A DNA stretch of 50,036 bases, from contig CAVPNL010000016.1 of NCBI GenBank assembly GCA_963706575.1, forward strand, positions 1 through 50,036. The letters run 5' to 3'. Positions 49,251 through 50,036 of the stretch are shown piece by piece. Origin of the DNA: an uncultured delta proteobacterium (GTDB taxonomy: Bacteria > Desulfobacterota > Desulfobacteria > Desulfobacterales > JAHEIW01). The notes below the pieces were generated by a model. The model saw nothing but the letters and a program-made list of their open reading frames with translations, had not been told where the DNA came from and made no database searches. The position numbers and the translations under genes are program-made. The stretch's first letter is position 1. Each line of letters opens with the position of its first letter.

Positions 49251-49332
49251 ACCACAAAGGCACCAAGAGCACAAAGAAGTGAAAAAATATCTCTTCTAAT
49301 GTTTTTCTTTGTGTGCTTTGTGCCTTTGTGGT
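49251..49332. repeat. Hairpin of tandem 9-nt CACAAAG/CTTTGTG units (half-copy also at ~28840-28868)
   Basis: ACCACAAAGGCACCAAGAGCACAAAG vs CTTTGTGTGCTTTGTGCCTTTGTGGT. Confidence 0.7.
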
Positions 49333-49483
49333 TTAATCAATCGGTTTGGCATTATCTTGACTTTTTTTTGTTTTATCATTAGCTTTTACATCAAATTTCA
49401 TAACCTCAGACGGGGTTTTGCAACCACGATTAGGCATTATCAACGATCAAGGCATTCTGACCCCTTCATTCAAGGAGGACACC

Positions 49484-49856
49484 ATGCAAAAAAGAAAAGG
49501 AAAAGCCGTCAGTTTCGATGCCATGGTAAAATTTTTTATGCAGAATTACAATATTCCGACTAAAAAAGATGTCGATCGATTGATGGCAAAATTGGATCGG
49601 CTGGAAAGCATGTTTCATGCTGCCACGGCAAGCGGCAGATATCCGCTGAAAGGACCGGCGGGAACACGCAAAACCGCCGTTACCGCAGTGGATATGGTTT
49701 TTGATGTCATCAAACGGTCCCCTAAAGGGTTGGGCTTTGCTCGAGATTCAGGCCAAAACAGGATTTGGGGATAAAAAAATTCGCAATATCATCTTTCGAT
49801 TAAATAAAATCGGTAAAATTAAGCGCAAAAGCCGCGGTATCTATGTGGCCGCATGA
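49484..49856 (+). CDS. Small basic hypothetical protein: short coiled coil plus winged-helix-like C-terminus (frameshift near 49742)
   Basis: RBS AAGGAGG; IPTKKDVDRLMAKLDRLE; shifted frame continues EIQAKTGFGDKKIRNIIFRLNKIGKIKRKSRGIYVAA. Confidence 0.65.
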
Positions 49857-49934
49857 AATTTGAAGCTATCTCAAAAATTGCAGCTCATCATAGAGTACCG
49901 AGAAAATAAGCTCCAAAGGTGCTCTAAAGTAGAG

Positions 49935-50036
49935 AAAATGCCTAAAATGCCTAAAATGAGCTAAAATGCCTAAAGTTGAGGAATTCTGTCATATTTATAA
50001 TAAAAGATGGAGCGCAGCGAGACCATAATTTTAGGC
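49935..50036. repeat. Hairpin repeat family R2, copy 2 (truncated by the window end)
   Basis: TGCCTAAAATGAGCTAAA.TGCCTAAAGTT as at 11583; core is the reverse complement of copy 1. Confidence 0.7.

Overview
Chromosomal core-genome window from an anaerobic delta-proteobacterium, most likely Desulfobacterales (inferred from gene content and order). It contains housekeeping and repair genes (purB, mutM, sbcB, rmuC, rsmA), an acyl-CoA dehydrogenase, an M16 peptidase, a DHH phosphoesterase, an ECF sigma/anti-sigma operon, a sigma54-type psp locus, a flavin oxidoreductase and a Wood-Ljungdahl carbonyl-branch cluster (RACo/acsV-acsD-cooS-acsB-acsC-acsE). Several genes are broken by indels, densest at about 2-6 kb; these look like long-read consensus errors rather than pseudogenes. 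Best candidate for an undescribed system: a ~1400-aa dikinase with PPDK ATP-grasp and phospho-His domains but no pyruvate-binding barrel, carrying a ~900-aa unknown N-terminal region and tightly coupled to a divergent GAPDH. Other notable items: (i) a hemerythrin plus Cys-rich/cNMP/Ser-Thr kinase module behind an Fnr/HcpR-type box; (ii) a probably inactive HsdR-N-like nuclease fused to a SeqA-like domain; (iii) a CoA-transferase-GNAT fusion lacking the catalytic Glu next to the acs cluster; (iv) many intergenic repeats, including ERIC-like MITEs that overlap stop codons and carry nested palindromes, REP/REPIN doublets, and hairpins built from 7-9-nt tandem units. No rRNA, tRNA, CRISPR array or transposase was seen. 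All family assignments come from motif recognition by eye, not from database searches.
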